A model generated the notes under the pieces. It made no database searches. It was not told the origin of the DNA and saw nothing but the letters and a program-made list of their open reading frames with translations. Shown in pieces: positions 11,698 through 21,246 of a stretch of 64,000 nt of DNA. This DNA is from an uncultured Gemmatimonadales bacterium (lineage in GTDB: Bacteria > Gemmatimonadota > Gemmatimonadetes > Gemmatimonadales > GWC2-71-9). The DNA lies in NCBI GenBank assembly GCA_963844445.1, contig CAWJOB010000001.1, forward strand, positions 27,500 to 91,499, read 5' to 3'. The position numbers were made by a program, and so were the translations under genes. Each line of letters opens with the position of its first letter. The stretch's first letter is position 1.

Positions 11698-12248
11698 ATG
11701 CGTACGACCATCCTGAGCGCCGCGACCCTGACGATCGCCGCCCTCGCCCTGACCCAGCTCGCCCCGGCCAACGCCGACGGCATCGGCGTCGAGGACCCGC
11801 AGGACCTCGACCACGGCGTCGACCTGCGCTCCGTGGAGGTCCAGCACGGCGGCCGCAACGTGGTCGTCACCACGACGCACACCGACCTGGTGGAGTCCTT
11901 CCGCAGTCCGGCTCGTCGGGCGCGGTCTTCATCGACACCGACCCGACCGACGCCGGCCCGGAGTACGTCTTCGCCGGCGGCTACTTCGTCGGCACCGACT
12001 ACACGCTGCTCCACACCGACGGCTTCGCCACCGCCGCGTGGGGCGAGCCCGGTCGAGGGGTCCTACCGGATGCGGATCGACTACGACGCCGACCAGGTGC
12101 GGATGCGGATCTCCCGCGACGCGATCGGCTCGCCGGACGAGGTCCGGGTCGCCGTACGCGTCGCCGGCTCCCGCCCCGAACGGCAGCAACACGCAAGCGC
12201 GACTGGCTCGGCGAGCCGCGCAGCTTCACCGACTGGGTGGCCCAGTAG
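11698..12248 (+). CDS. Secreted hypothetical protein; about 3 apparent frameshifts
   Basis: It starts at ATG 11698 with the signal peptide 'MRTTILSAATLTIAALALTQLAPANA'. Coherent sequence alternates between ORFs 11575..12384 and 11532..12248 ('SSGAVFIDTDPTDAGPEYVFAGGYFVGTDYTLLHTDGF'). Confidence 0.5.
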
Positions 12249-12251
12249 GGC

Positions 12252-12593
12252 CTACTTGACCTCGCGGACCTCCTGCGGCCACCCGCAGCCCTCGGCGATC
12301 CTGGCGGCCCACTCCCGGGCCTCCTCGATCGTCTCGACCTCGATGATCGTGATGCCGCCGAGGTACTCGGTCACCTCGGTGTAGGGGCCGTCGGTCACCA
12401 GCATCTCCCCGCTGGTGCCGTCGGCGCTGAAGGCCAGCGACATGTCCTCGACGAGGCCGCCGGCGAACACCAGGACGCCTGCCTTCTCCATGTCGCGGAC
12501 GACGGCCGTGGACGGCTCGACGCGGGTCTGGTACCACTCCGCGGGGTGGTCACCGACCCACTGCTGCATGAAGTAGATGGCGTACTGGGTCAT
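12252..12593 (-). CDS. YciI-family (YCII-related) protein
   Basis: This intact 113-aa ORF has 'DGPYTEVTEYLGGITIIEVETIEEAREWAARIAE', typical of the YCII domain. Confidence 0.75.
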   Translation of the reverse strand: MTQYAIYFMQQWVGDHPAEWYQTRVEPSTAVVRDMEKAGVLVFAGGLVEDMSLAFSADGTSGEMLVTDGPYTEVTEYLGGITIIEVETIEEAREWAARIAEGCGWPQEVREVK

Positions 12594-12687
12594 GGCTGCT
12601 CCTCGGTCCCGGGGCCGCCCGTGCGGCCCTCCGACACTCTGACGGACGAGCCCGGCCGAAATCGACAGGCCGGCTCGGCGAAGGGCT

Positions 12688-13561
12688 TCAATCCGTGCCG
12701 GCCGCGTCGAGCACGGAGGTGACGGCCTCGCACGACGACGTCGGGTTCCTCGCGGGGCACCTCGTGGCCGCTGTGCTCGGCGATGACGCGGCGCCCGTCG
12801 GGGACCGACCGGGCCAGGTCCTGCTGCAGCTCGTCGCGCAGCCGGTCGAACAGCTCGCGTCGTAGCCGGGAGGCCATCCCGAGGCGATGCCCGCCGAGAC
12901 GACGACCAGCGGCACGGCCGGAAGGGGTCCGGCCTCCGCGATCTCCGCGACGCTGGCGAACGGGTCCATGCCCTCGGGGTTGCCGAGCGCCGAGGCGCGG
13001 TCCTCCTCGATCTGGCGGCGCGTCAGGTGCTCCTCGAAGATCGGGATCTCCTCCGGGTGGAGGGACTCCACGAGCACGAGCCCGGCGACCTCGTCGGGGA
13101 AGGTGGACGCGTACTGCTGGGTGATGAGCCCTCCGAACGAGAAGCCGACGATGACGTACGGCCCCGGCAGCTCGGCGGCCTCGACGAGGGCGTGCAGGTC
13201 CTCGACAGCCTGGGTGGTCGTCCGGGGCGCGGACGCGGGCACGCTCCCGCCGGTGCCCGCACGGTCGTAGGAGCAGACCCGGGTCCTCTCCGCCAGGGCG
13301 GGCTGGACGTCGCTCCCACGTGCGCAGGTCGCCACCGAGGCCCGCCTCGAGGATCACCGTGGGCGAGCCGGTGCCGGTGCAGCTGAGCTGCAATGAGCGA
13401 CCGCCGATGTCCACCTGCCTGGGCCCTTCCGCGCTCGGGGTGGTGACGGCCGGCGTGGCCGTGTCCTGCTCGTCCGGCTCCGCCGGGGTGGCGCAGGCGG
13501 CCAGCGCGATCGCGAGGGTGGATGCCGCGAGGATCGCGACGATGGAGCGCCGCGTGCTCAT
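12688..13561 (-). CDS. Alpha/beta-hydrolase lipoprotein; about 3 apparent frameshifts
   Basis: It starts at ATG 13561 with the lipobox 'LAIALAAC'. It has 'TVILEAGLGGD' and the nucleophile elbow 'VIVGFSFGG'. The C-terminal 'VIAEHSGHEVPREEP' is in another frame. Confidence 0.7.
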
Positions 13562-14281
13562 GACAGCGGCCGGAGGTCGAAGTCGTCGTCGGACATCCGG
13601 AGCAGGACGACCGAGACGTAGGTCATCGCCACTGCCGTCATGGTCCACGACAGGGCGGGCTGGACGTTGCCGAGGCTGCAGCGGTGCGAACTCCACGAAC
13701 GGGCTGGCCATCATCAGCACCGCCAGCCAGCGCGGCGCCAGGTCCGCCTCTCCAGAACAGCACGCCCACGGCGATCCGCCCGAGGGTGATGAAGAGCAGG
13801 AAGGGATCAGGTACGGCGTCGTCCACGGACCGCCCGACACGAGGCTCACGTACTCGCTGATCCGGCTCGGGTCGAGGCCTGCTCGAGGCCGGCCACGACG
13901 AGGAGGTCGGAGCCGGGGTTGGCCGCGGCCAGCAGCCCGGCGAGCCCCATCCACGAGCCGAGCACGGCGGCGAGCACCGGCCGGGACCGCCTCAGCGCCA
14001 CCACCAGGGCGACGGCGCCCGGGACGAACGTGAGCGGGAACAGCAGCTGGGGCACGAGGAGCGCCTCCACGAGCCCCCGGTGCGCGGTGACCTCGGCGAC
14101 GGCCTGGCCGACGGTTCCGGTCAGGGGCACCGGGGTGAGCCAGTTCGTGAGGCCGATCAGGGCCGCCCCGCAGGGGGCGAGCACGGCGAGCAGGACCCGC
14201 CAGTACGTGCGCGCATCTCTCGACGATGTCGGGGACGCAGTGACGACGACCGGCGTGGGTCGTCGGGGTCGGGGTGGTCAT
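13558..14281 (-). CDS. Polytopic membrane protein of unknown function; several apparent frameshifts
   Basis: Hydrophobic segments ('LAPCGAALIGLTNWLTPVPLTG', 'LLFPLTFVPGAVALVVAL', 'FLLFITLGRIAVGVLFW') are spread over three minus frames. Its stop overlaps the hydrolase start in an ATGA (13558-13561). Confidence 0.45.
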
Positions 14282-14418
14282 GGGTGGCTCCTTCGAGCAC
14301 GGTGGATGGATTCCTCCACCGTGGTTCCGGAGTCGTCCCGCCTCCCAGAGGAGCCGTTCCCTGACCGGCGGGAACGCGTTCCCTTCCTCCGCGGGACCGG
14401 AGTCGTCAGGATGAGCGC

Positions 14419-16406
14419 ATGACACGCCCCGGGAGCCGGCTGCTGGCCGCGGCGATGCTTGTCGGGGCGTTCGCCCTGACCGTCGCCTCGGTGGTGTTCG
14501 CCGTCCTGGGCGGCGCTGGGCCTGCAGTGGGCGGTGGACAACTTCGTCGTGTCGAACACCCTGATCGGCGCGTCCATGGCGGCCGCGGGCTGGCCCGTCG
14601 CGACCTACCGCCCGAGGAACCCGGTGGGCTGGCTGCTGCTGGTCGGCGGGGTGGCGTACCTCGCGTCGGCTGCCGGACTGGTGGTGCTGGTGTGGGCGGG
14701 CCCCGACCCGTCGCACGGGTGGGTGCGGGTGGTGGCGACGCTGGTGAACGCCGGGTTCCCGATCCCGGTCGCACTGTCCCTCCCGGTGTCGCTGCTGCTG
14801 CTGCCGGACGGCCGGCTGCCGTCCGCTCGGTGGCGACTCGTGGCCCTGCCCGCGGCCGTCGGCGCGGTCGGCTTCCTGGCGTCGTCCCTGGTGGATCCCG
14901 CCGGTGGACTGTCGGCCGAGGCCGGTGCCCGTGACCTCGTCGCGGACGTCGACATGGGAGCGCTGGGAGGTGTGGCCGCGGCCTGCATGGTGATCACCTA
15001 CCTCAGCGCCATCGCCGCCCTCGTGCTGCGCTACGTCCGCGGGGACCAGCAGCTCCGGCGCCAGCTCCTGTGGATCGTCCTGGCCGCGGCTCCTGCTGCT
15101 GGCCGGGGTGGGGGTCGACTCCTTCCTGACCGAGGGAGACACCCTGTGGGGGGTCCTGCCGCTCGTCTTCCTGCCCGTGTCGATGACCATCGCCGTGCTG
15201 CGTCACCGTCTCCTCGACATCGAGGTCGTGGTCTCCAGGTCGTTGCTCTACCTGGCCCTGACCGGCCTGGTCCTGGCGTCGTACTCGGCCGTCGTCGTCA
15301 TGCTCGACTCCGTCTTCCGGACCCGGGTCGCCGCGACGCCCGCCATCGCCGCGCTCGCGATCGCCATCGCCTTCAACCCGGTGCGGAGCGTGCTCCAGCG
15401 CGGCATCGAGCGTGCCGTCTTCGGGGCGCGACGCGACCCCGTCCGGGCCCTGTCCGCCGTGGGTGAGCAGCTCGGGAGCGGCTCCGGGCTGCCGGAGATG
15501 CTCGCGGTGGTGTGCGAGGTCCTGCGTCTCCCCGCCGCGGCGATCGTCGTGCACGACCGGGTCGAGGCTGCCCACGGGGAGCTGCCGGCGACGTGCCACC
15601 GCACGGAGCTACGGCACGGCGACCAGGTGCTCGGCGAGCTCGTCGTCGGCCTGCGACGCGGCGAGTCCCGGGTCAGTGCGGCCGACGCGCAGGTCCTGTC
15701 GCTGCTGTCGGCGCCGGTGGCCGCCGCGGTGCACGCGGCGGCACTGGCGGAGGAGGTGCACCGTTCCCGGGCCAGGATCGTGAGCGGGCGCGAGGAGGAA
15801 CGACTGCCGCCTGCGACGGGACCTGCACGACGGGCTGGGCCCGGTCCTCACCGGTGTCGTGCTGAACGCGGATGCCGCCCGGCACCTGCTGGCGAGCGAC
15901 CCGTCGCGCAGCGCCGACCTCCTGGACCAGCCTCCGCGACCAGACCGTCGGCGCGGTCGCCGACATCCGGCGCCTGGTGCACGAGCTGAGGCCGCCGGTG
16001 CTCGACGGTCTCGGACTGGTCGGGGCGCTGCGTGAGCACGCCGTCGGCATCAACCGTCGACTGGACGGCCATCCGCTCCGGGTCGAGATCACTGCTGACG
16101 GTGGGATCGACACCGTCGGAGCCGCCGCGGAGGTCGCGGCGTACCGCATCGTCACCGAGGCGCTGACCAACGTCGTCCGCCACTCCACCGCCACCACCGT
16201 CACGGTCCACCTGGCGACGTCGACCGGGGTCGCTCCGCCTCGAGGTGCACGACGACGGCCACAACGACCAGGACTGGGCGCCCGGGATCGGGCTGACCTC
16301 GATGCAGGAGCGCGTCGACGAGCTCGGCGGCACGAGTGAGGCGCACGGCGACCCGTCAGGGGGAGTCGTCGTCGTCGAGCTCCCGCTGGCGGCGGTGTCG
16401 TCGTGA
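14419..16406 (+). CDS. NarL-type sensor histidine kinase (HisKA_3 + HATPase_c); about 5 apparent frameshifts
   Basis: The N-terminal half is multi-TM. The H-box region is 'REEER..LRRDLHDGLGPVLTG', followed by 'AAYRIVTEALTNVVRHS' and 'GIGLTSMQERVDELGG'. The sequence hops among ORFs 14419.., 14534.., 15108.. and 15872... Confidence 0.75.
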
Positions 16407-17050
16407 GCCTGCGGATCGTCGTCGCCGACGACCACGGCGTCGTGCGCGACGGGATCGCGGCACTGTTGTCGGCCATCGACGGGTTCGAGCTCGTGGGAAC
16501 GGCCGCCACCGGGGAGGAAGCCGTCCGGGCTGCCGTCGAGCTGCGGCCCGACGTGCTGGTCATGGACATCGAGATGCCGGGCGGCAACGGCATCGACGCC
16601 ACCGCCAGGCTGCAGACCCTGGCGCCCGAGGTCGCGGTGCTCGTGCTCACCATGTTCGACGACGACGCCTCGGTGTTCGCCGCCATCCGGGCCGGCGCGC
16701 TCGGCTACGTGCTGAAGGGCTCCGAGTCAGGCTCGATGATCAGGGCCATCGAGGCGGTCGCGGCCGGTGAGGCGATCCTCGGGCCGGGACTCGCACGGCG
16801 GACCTTGTCCTTCCTGTCGGCCCCTCGCCCGGACAGTCCCTTCCCCGAGCTGTCCGAGCGCGAGCGAGCGGTCCTCGACCTCCTTGCAGCGGGCCGTTCG
16901 AACCACGAGATAGCCGCGCGTCTCTCCGTCTCGGTCAAGACGGTGAACAACCACGTGAGCAGCGTCTACGCCAAGCTGCGGGTCGCGGGCCGACCTGAGG
17001 CCATCGTCCGTGCCCGCGAGGCCGGACTGGGGCAGGCCGACCCGGGCTGA
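16403..17050 (+). CDS. NarL/LuxR-family response regulator
   Basis: This intact 215-aa ORF has the receiver motifs 'IVVADDH' and 'DVLVMDIEMPGGNG'. Its LuxR HTH is 'LSERERAVLDLLAAGRSNHEIAARLSVSVKTVNNHVSSVYAKL'. Its GTG overlaps the kinase stop (GTGA). Confidence 0.9.
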   Translation: MSLRIVVADDHGVVRDGIAALLSAIDGFELVGTAATGEEAVRAAVELRPDVLVMDIEMPGGNGIDATARLQTLAPEVAVLVLTMFDDDASVFAAIRAGALGYVLKGSESGSMIRAIEAVAAGEAILGPGLARRTLSFLSAPRPDSPFPELSERERAVLDLLAAGRSNHEIAARLSVSVKTVNNHVSSVYAKLRVAGRPEAIVRAREAGLGQADPG

Positions 17051-17052
17051 CC

Positions 17053-17838
17053 TCAGCGGTTCGCGTCGTCGCGCACCAGCCGGAGCCACCCGAGGAGCCA
17101 GCGCGCCGACCGCCCACACGGCCATGGTGACGATCGCCGAGGTCCGGGTCATGTCCTCGCCGATCGACTCGCCCGTCAGCAGGAAGATCGCGCCGGTGCC
17201 GGGCAGGACCGAGGCCAGGTCGAGCATCCACTCGTAGGGGAACTGCGGCAGCGCGAGCGGCAGGAGCAGCACGAGCAGGAAGACGGTGATGAGGGCGCCG
17301 GCCGTGCTCCGGAGCGCGAACCCCAGCCCGGCGGCGAGGGCCGTGCCGGCGCCGAAGACGATCCCGGTCGTGCCGACCACGTCGAGGCCCTCGTCGAGCG
17401 GCATGCGTGAGGATGTCCGCCGCCATCGCGTGGGCTGCGGCCGCGCAGGCGACCGCGAGGAGCATCCCGACGAGGGTCGCCGTCCCGACGACGACGAGTG
17501 CGCGTGCCGCGAAGAGGGTCGTACGACGCGGCGTCCACTGCAGCGTCGGCACGATGCCGGCGGTGCCGTAGTCCGCGGTGACGGCGAGCAGCGCGAGCGC
17601 CAGCAGGACGAGCTGGGTCGGGCAGCGCGGCGATGGACGGGGCGACCCAGGCGGGCTCGCCGACGGGCGGGACCACGTCGCCCGCGGCGTCGTTGCCGGC
17701 GATCAGGCCGAGCCCGACCATGGCGACGGTCGCCGCCGCCACGAGCCACCACGTGGCCTTCACGGTCCACAGTCGCGTCCACTCGGCGCGGCAGGTCCGT
17801 CCCAGGACGAGGGCCGGGGAGGTCGTCGCGGCGCTCAT
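17053..17838 (-). CDS. ABC-2-type transporter permease; about 3 apparent frameshifts
   Basis: It starts with 'MSAATTSPALVLGRTCRAEWTRLWTVKATWWLVAA'. Later TM segments lie in ORFs 16935..17552 and 16727..17782. The start overlaps the ATPase stop (ATGA at 17835-17838). Confidence 0.65.
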
Positions 17839-18755
17839 CGGGCCGCCTCCGCCGCGGCGCCGTGGAACTCGACGCTGTCGCTGGTGAGCTCGAGGAACGC
17901 CTGCTCGAGCGACTGCTCGACGTCGGAGAGGTGGTGCAGCGGCAGGCCCCAGGCGAGGGCGAGGTCGCCGATCTCGGCGGCGGTGCCGCCCTCGACGTGC
18001 GCCTCGGACTCGTCCACGCGGGTGACCCCGAGCCCGCGCTGCTCGAGCCGCGGGACGAGCGCGCCGAGCTGCGTGCTGCGGACGCGTACCCGCCGACCGC
18101 CGAGCCCCTGCAGGATCTCCGCCGTGGTGGCGTCGGCCACCAGGCGGCCGCGTCCGATCACGACGAGCCGGTCGGCGGTCTGCTGCATCTCGCTCATCAG
18201 GTGGCTCGAGACCAGCACGGTGCGCCCCTCGTCGGCGAGCCGTCGCAGCAGCTCGCGGATCCAGCGGACCCCGTCGAGGTCGAGCCCGTTGATCGGCTCG
18301 TCGAAGAGCACGACCCTCGGGTCCCCGAGCAGGGCGGCGGCGATGCCGAGCCGCTGCCGCATGCCGAGCGAGTAGCCCTTCACGCGGCGCCTGGCCGCCC
18401 CACCGAGGCCGACCTGGTCGATGACCTCGTCGACGCGGCGGTCGCCGATGCCGTTGGTCCGGGCGGCCACGCGCAGGTGGTTGCGCCCGGTCCGCCCCGG
18501 GTGGACCGCACCCGCGTCGAGCAGCGCGCCGACCTCGCGCAGCGGCTCGGCGTACGACGCGAACGGGCGCCCGTGCACCAGCGCCCGCCCGGCGGTCGGC
18601 CGGTCCAGCCCGAGCACCATCCGCATCGTGGTGGACTTCCCGGCCCCGTTGGGGCCGAGGAACCCGGTCACCAGCCCCGCCTCGACGTCGAAGCTCAGGT
18701 CGTCGACGGCGACCACGTCGCCGTACCTCTTCGTCAGTCCCCGGACCTCGATCAC
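17835..18755 (-). CDS. ABC transporter ATP-binding protein
   Basis: This intact 306-aa ORF has Walker A 'GPNGAGKST', the signature 'YSLGMRQRL' and Walker B 'VVLFDEP'. Confidence 0.9.
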   Translation of the reverse strand: MIEVRGLTKRYGDVVAVDDLSFDVEAGLVTGFLGPNGAGKSTTMRMVLGLDRPTAGRALVHGRPFASYAEPLREVGALLDAGAVHPGRTGRNHLRVAARTNGIGDRRVDEVIDQVGLGGAARRRVKGYSLGMRQRLGIAAALLGDPRVVLFDEPINGLDLDGVRWIRELLRRLADEGRTVLVSSHLMSEMQQTADRLVVIGRGRLVADATTAEILQGLGGRRVRVRSTQLGALVPRLEQRGLGVTRVDESEAHVEGGTAAEIGDLALAWGLPLHHLSDVEQSLEQAFLELTSDSVEFHGAAAEAAR

Positions 18756-18878
18756 AGCTGCCTCCGCACCCTCGTCCGACCTGTTCGGACTCGTCGCGAC
18801 GACGCTAGGAGCCGGACTGGTCGGGAGTGGTGGAGACGATGTGGAGATCGTGCGGAGGTTGGCGCCCCTCCGCCGGCG

Positions 18879-19530
18879 TCAGGCGGTCTCGGGGAACTTC
18901 ACGCCCGTGTTGGCGTGGCAGCGGTAGCCGAAGGGGTTCTTGGCGAGGTACTGCTGGTGCGGCGTCCTCGGCGTAGAAGTACGGCGTCTCGCTGGCGGGG
19001 CGGATCTCGGTGGTGATCTCGCCGAGGCCGCGGCGGGCCAGCTCGTCGCCGTACGCCTTGGTCAGCTCGCGCGCGGTCTGCTCCTGCTCCGGGGTCGTCC
19101 AGTAGATCGCGGAGCGGTACTGGGTGCCGACGTCGTTGCCCTGGCGCATGCCCTGGGTCGGGTCGTGGATCTCGAAGAACCTCTTGAGCAGGTCGGCGTA
19201 GGACACCACGGAGGGGTCGAAGACGACACGGATCGCCTCGGTGTGGCCGGTGTGGCCGCTGCAGACCTCTTCGTAGGTCGGGTTCGGCGTGCTGCCACCG
19301 GCGTAGCCCACGGACGTCGACCAGACGCCCGGCAGCTGCCAGTAGATCTCCTCGGCGCCCCAGAAGCAGCCGAGGCCGAGGACGGCGACCTCGTGGCCGG
19401 CCGGGACCTCGTCGGTGACGACGGGGGTGTGGAGGACCACGTGCTCCCCGAGGGTCCACATCGCCTGCGTACGGCCGGGCAGGGCCTGGTCGGGCGTGGG
19501 CAGGGTGGCGGGCTTGCCGAATCCGAACAT
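18879..19530 (-). CDS. msrA: Peptide-methionine (S)-S-oxide reductase MsrA; frameshift near ~18955
   Basis: It has '[28 protein letters not shown]' and '[13 protein letters not shown]'. The conserved C-terminus '[26 protein letters not shown]' is readable only after a 1-nt shift. Confidence 0.85.
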
Positions 19531-19685
19531 GCCCCCATCATCCCCGGTCGGACAAGCCCGGCCCACGGTGTCTACGTGGAATTACGTGGTCTAGACGTCG
19601 TGCTGCCACCGATGTGCCACGTCGACGGTCGGGGCAGAGTCGGCCGCACGCATCCGTACGAACACATCGTGGAAGGTCTCGCTCA

Positions 19686-20372
19686 ATGCAGATTCGAAAA
19701 GGCTCCTACGCCAACGTTGCATCCACCCTCGCTCTCGTCGTCGCGCTCGGGGGCCGCAGCTTTGCCGCGGTCGCCATCGCCAAGAACTCGGTCGGCTCGC
19801 CGCAGATCATCAACTCCTCCATCAAGAGCGCCGACGTCAAGAACGGCGGGCCCAAGGCGGTCGACTTCAAGGCCGGTGAGCTCACGGGCGGCGCTGTCGG
19901 CCCCGCCGGTCCTGCCGGTCCATGCCGGACCTGCGGGCGCAACTGGACCTGCGGGCGCAACTGGACCTGCGGGCGCAACTGGCCCGGCCGGGCCGAAGGG
20001 CGAGCCCGGCGCGGCGATCGCAGTGGCCAGCTACGCCGCCGACGGCACCAAGCTCATGTCGAAGGTCGACGGGGTCAACCTCGCGTGCTCCGGGTTCTGC
20101 CTGACGCCCTCCCGGCGGATCCGGGTCGCCAAGCTCGCGACGGGTCGCTACTGCCTCCACGTCGAGAAGAACGTCGGGACGATCTTCGCTCCTAACTACC
20201 AGCCCTATGTGTCGGCCGCCGATCGACTACGTCGCCAACGTGACGCTCAACGGCAGCGCGCCGGGCTTCGCCCAGCAGTGGGGCTCATCGTGAGACCAGC
20301 GGTTTCGACCTGTACACCTTCACCAGCGCCGGCGCCGCTGCGGACCGCGCTTTCAACGTCATCATCAACTGA
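19686..20372 (+). CDS. Secreted collagen-like (Gly-X-Y) repeat protein; at least 3 apparent frameshifts
   Basis: It starts at ATG 19686 with a signal/TM 'ANVASTLALVVALGG'. The G-X-Y run is 'GPAGPAGP..GPAGATGPAGATGPAGATGPAGPKGEPG'. The C-terminal globular part ends '...FNVIIN'. Confidence 0.6.
19927..19980 (+). repeat. Perfect 18-bp tandem repeat x3 (GGACCTGCGGGCGCAACT) encoding GPAGAT
   Basis: The repeat was read directly from the sequence and lies inside the collagen-like gene. Confidence 0.95.
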
Positions 20373-20447
20373 CGTCGGCTCCTGAGCGACGATCACTCCG
20401 ACGCCAACTCGGCGGCGATCCTCGCGCCTGCTCGATCCGATCGAGGA

Positions 20448-20482
20448 GGAACGGCCGCCACCCGTGGGGTGGCGGCCGTTCC
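20448..20482 (+). terminator. Perfect 16-bp GC-rich hairpin between the collagen-like gene and metB (putative terminator)
   Basis: GGAACGGCCGCCACCC-GTG-GGGTGGCGGCCGTTCC. No clear U-tract follows, so its function is uncertain. Confidence 0.45.
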
Positions 20483-20519
20483 GCTGTCCGGCTCCGAGCG
20501 CTGGGTCTACGCTCGACCG

Positions 20520-21246
20520 GTGACCCAGGAACGTGCCAACAAGACCGGTTTCGAGACGCGTGCGATCCACGCCGGCTACGAGCCCGACCCGATGACCGGG
20601 GCGGTCAACCCGCCCATCTACGCCAGCAGCACCTACAAGCAGGACGGCGTCGGCGGCCTGCGCGGCGGCTACGAGTACAGCCGCTCCGCCAACCCCACGC
20701 GTACGGCGCTCGAGGGCGCGCTCGCGGCCGTCGAGGACGGCGAGAAGGGGTTCGCCTTCGCCTCCGGCCTGGCCGCCGAGGACGCGATCATCCGGGCGCT
20801 CACCGCGCCCCGGCGACCACGTGGTCATCCCCGACGACGCCTACGGCGGCACGTTCCGCCTCTTCGACAAGGTCGCGAAGCTCTGGGGCACTCGCCTACA
20901 GCGCCGGCGCCCGTCGCCGACACAGACGCCGTGGCCGCGGCGATCGAGCCGGGCCGCACCAAGCTGGTCTGGGTCGAGACGCCCACCAACCCGATGCTCA
21001 CGATCGGCGACATCGAGGCGCTCGCCACGATCGCCCACGACGCCGGCGCCCTGCTCGTCGTCGACAACACCTTCGCCTCGCCCTACCTCCAGCAGCCGCT
21101 CACCCTCGGCGCGGACGTGGTCGTGCACTCGACCACGAAGTACGTCGGCGGGCACAGCGACGTCGTCGGGGGAGCGGTCGTCGTGCGCGACCTCGACCTC
21201 GCCGACAAGATCGGCTTCCACCAGAACGCCATGGGCGCAGTGGCCA
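20520..21246 (+). pseudogene. metB: Cystathionine gamma-synthase/lyase (PLP, Cys/Met-metabolism family), 3'-truncated at ~21246 and frameshifted (~20810, ~20895)
   Basis: It has 'GFETRAIHAGYEPDPMTGAVNPPIYASSTY' and 'HSTTKYVGGHSDVVGG' (PLP-lysine region). It ends at 'FHQNAMGAV', where homology and GC content break. Roughly the last third of the protein is missing. Confidence 0.8.

Noticed and set aside
19927-19980. Regular short direct repeats that could be mistaken for a mini CRISPR array.
   Set aside because: The repeats are contiguous 18-mers with no spacers. They lie in frame inside a Gly-X-Y collagen-like coding tract, and no cas genes are nearby.
20373-20519. A possible SAM/Met riboswitch or leader upstream of metB.
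   Set aside because: Only a single perfect GC hairpin is present. I could not recognise the multi-helix conserved cores of SAM riboswitch classes. It is more simply a terminator for the upstream gene. Scanning with Rfam/Infernal would settle it.
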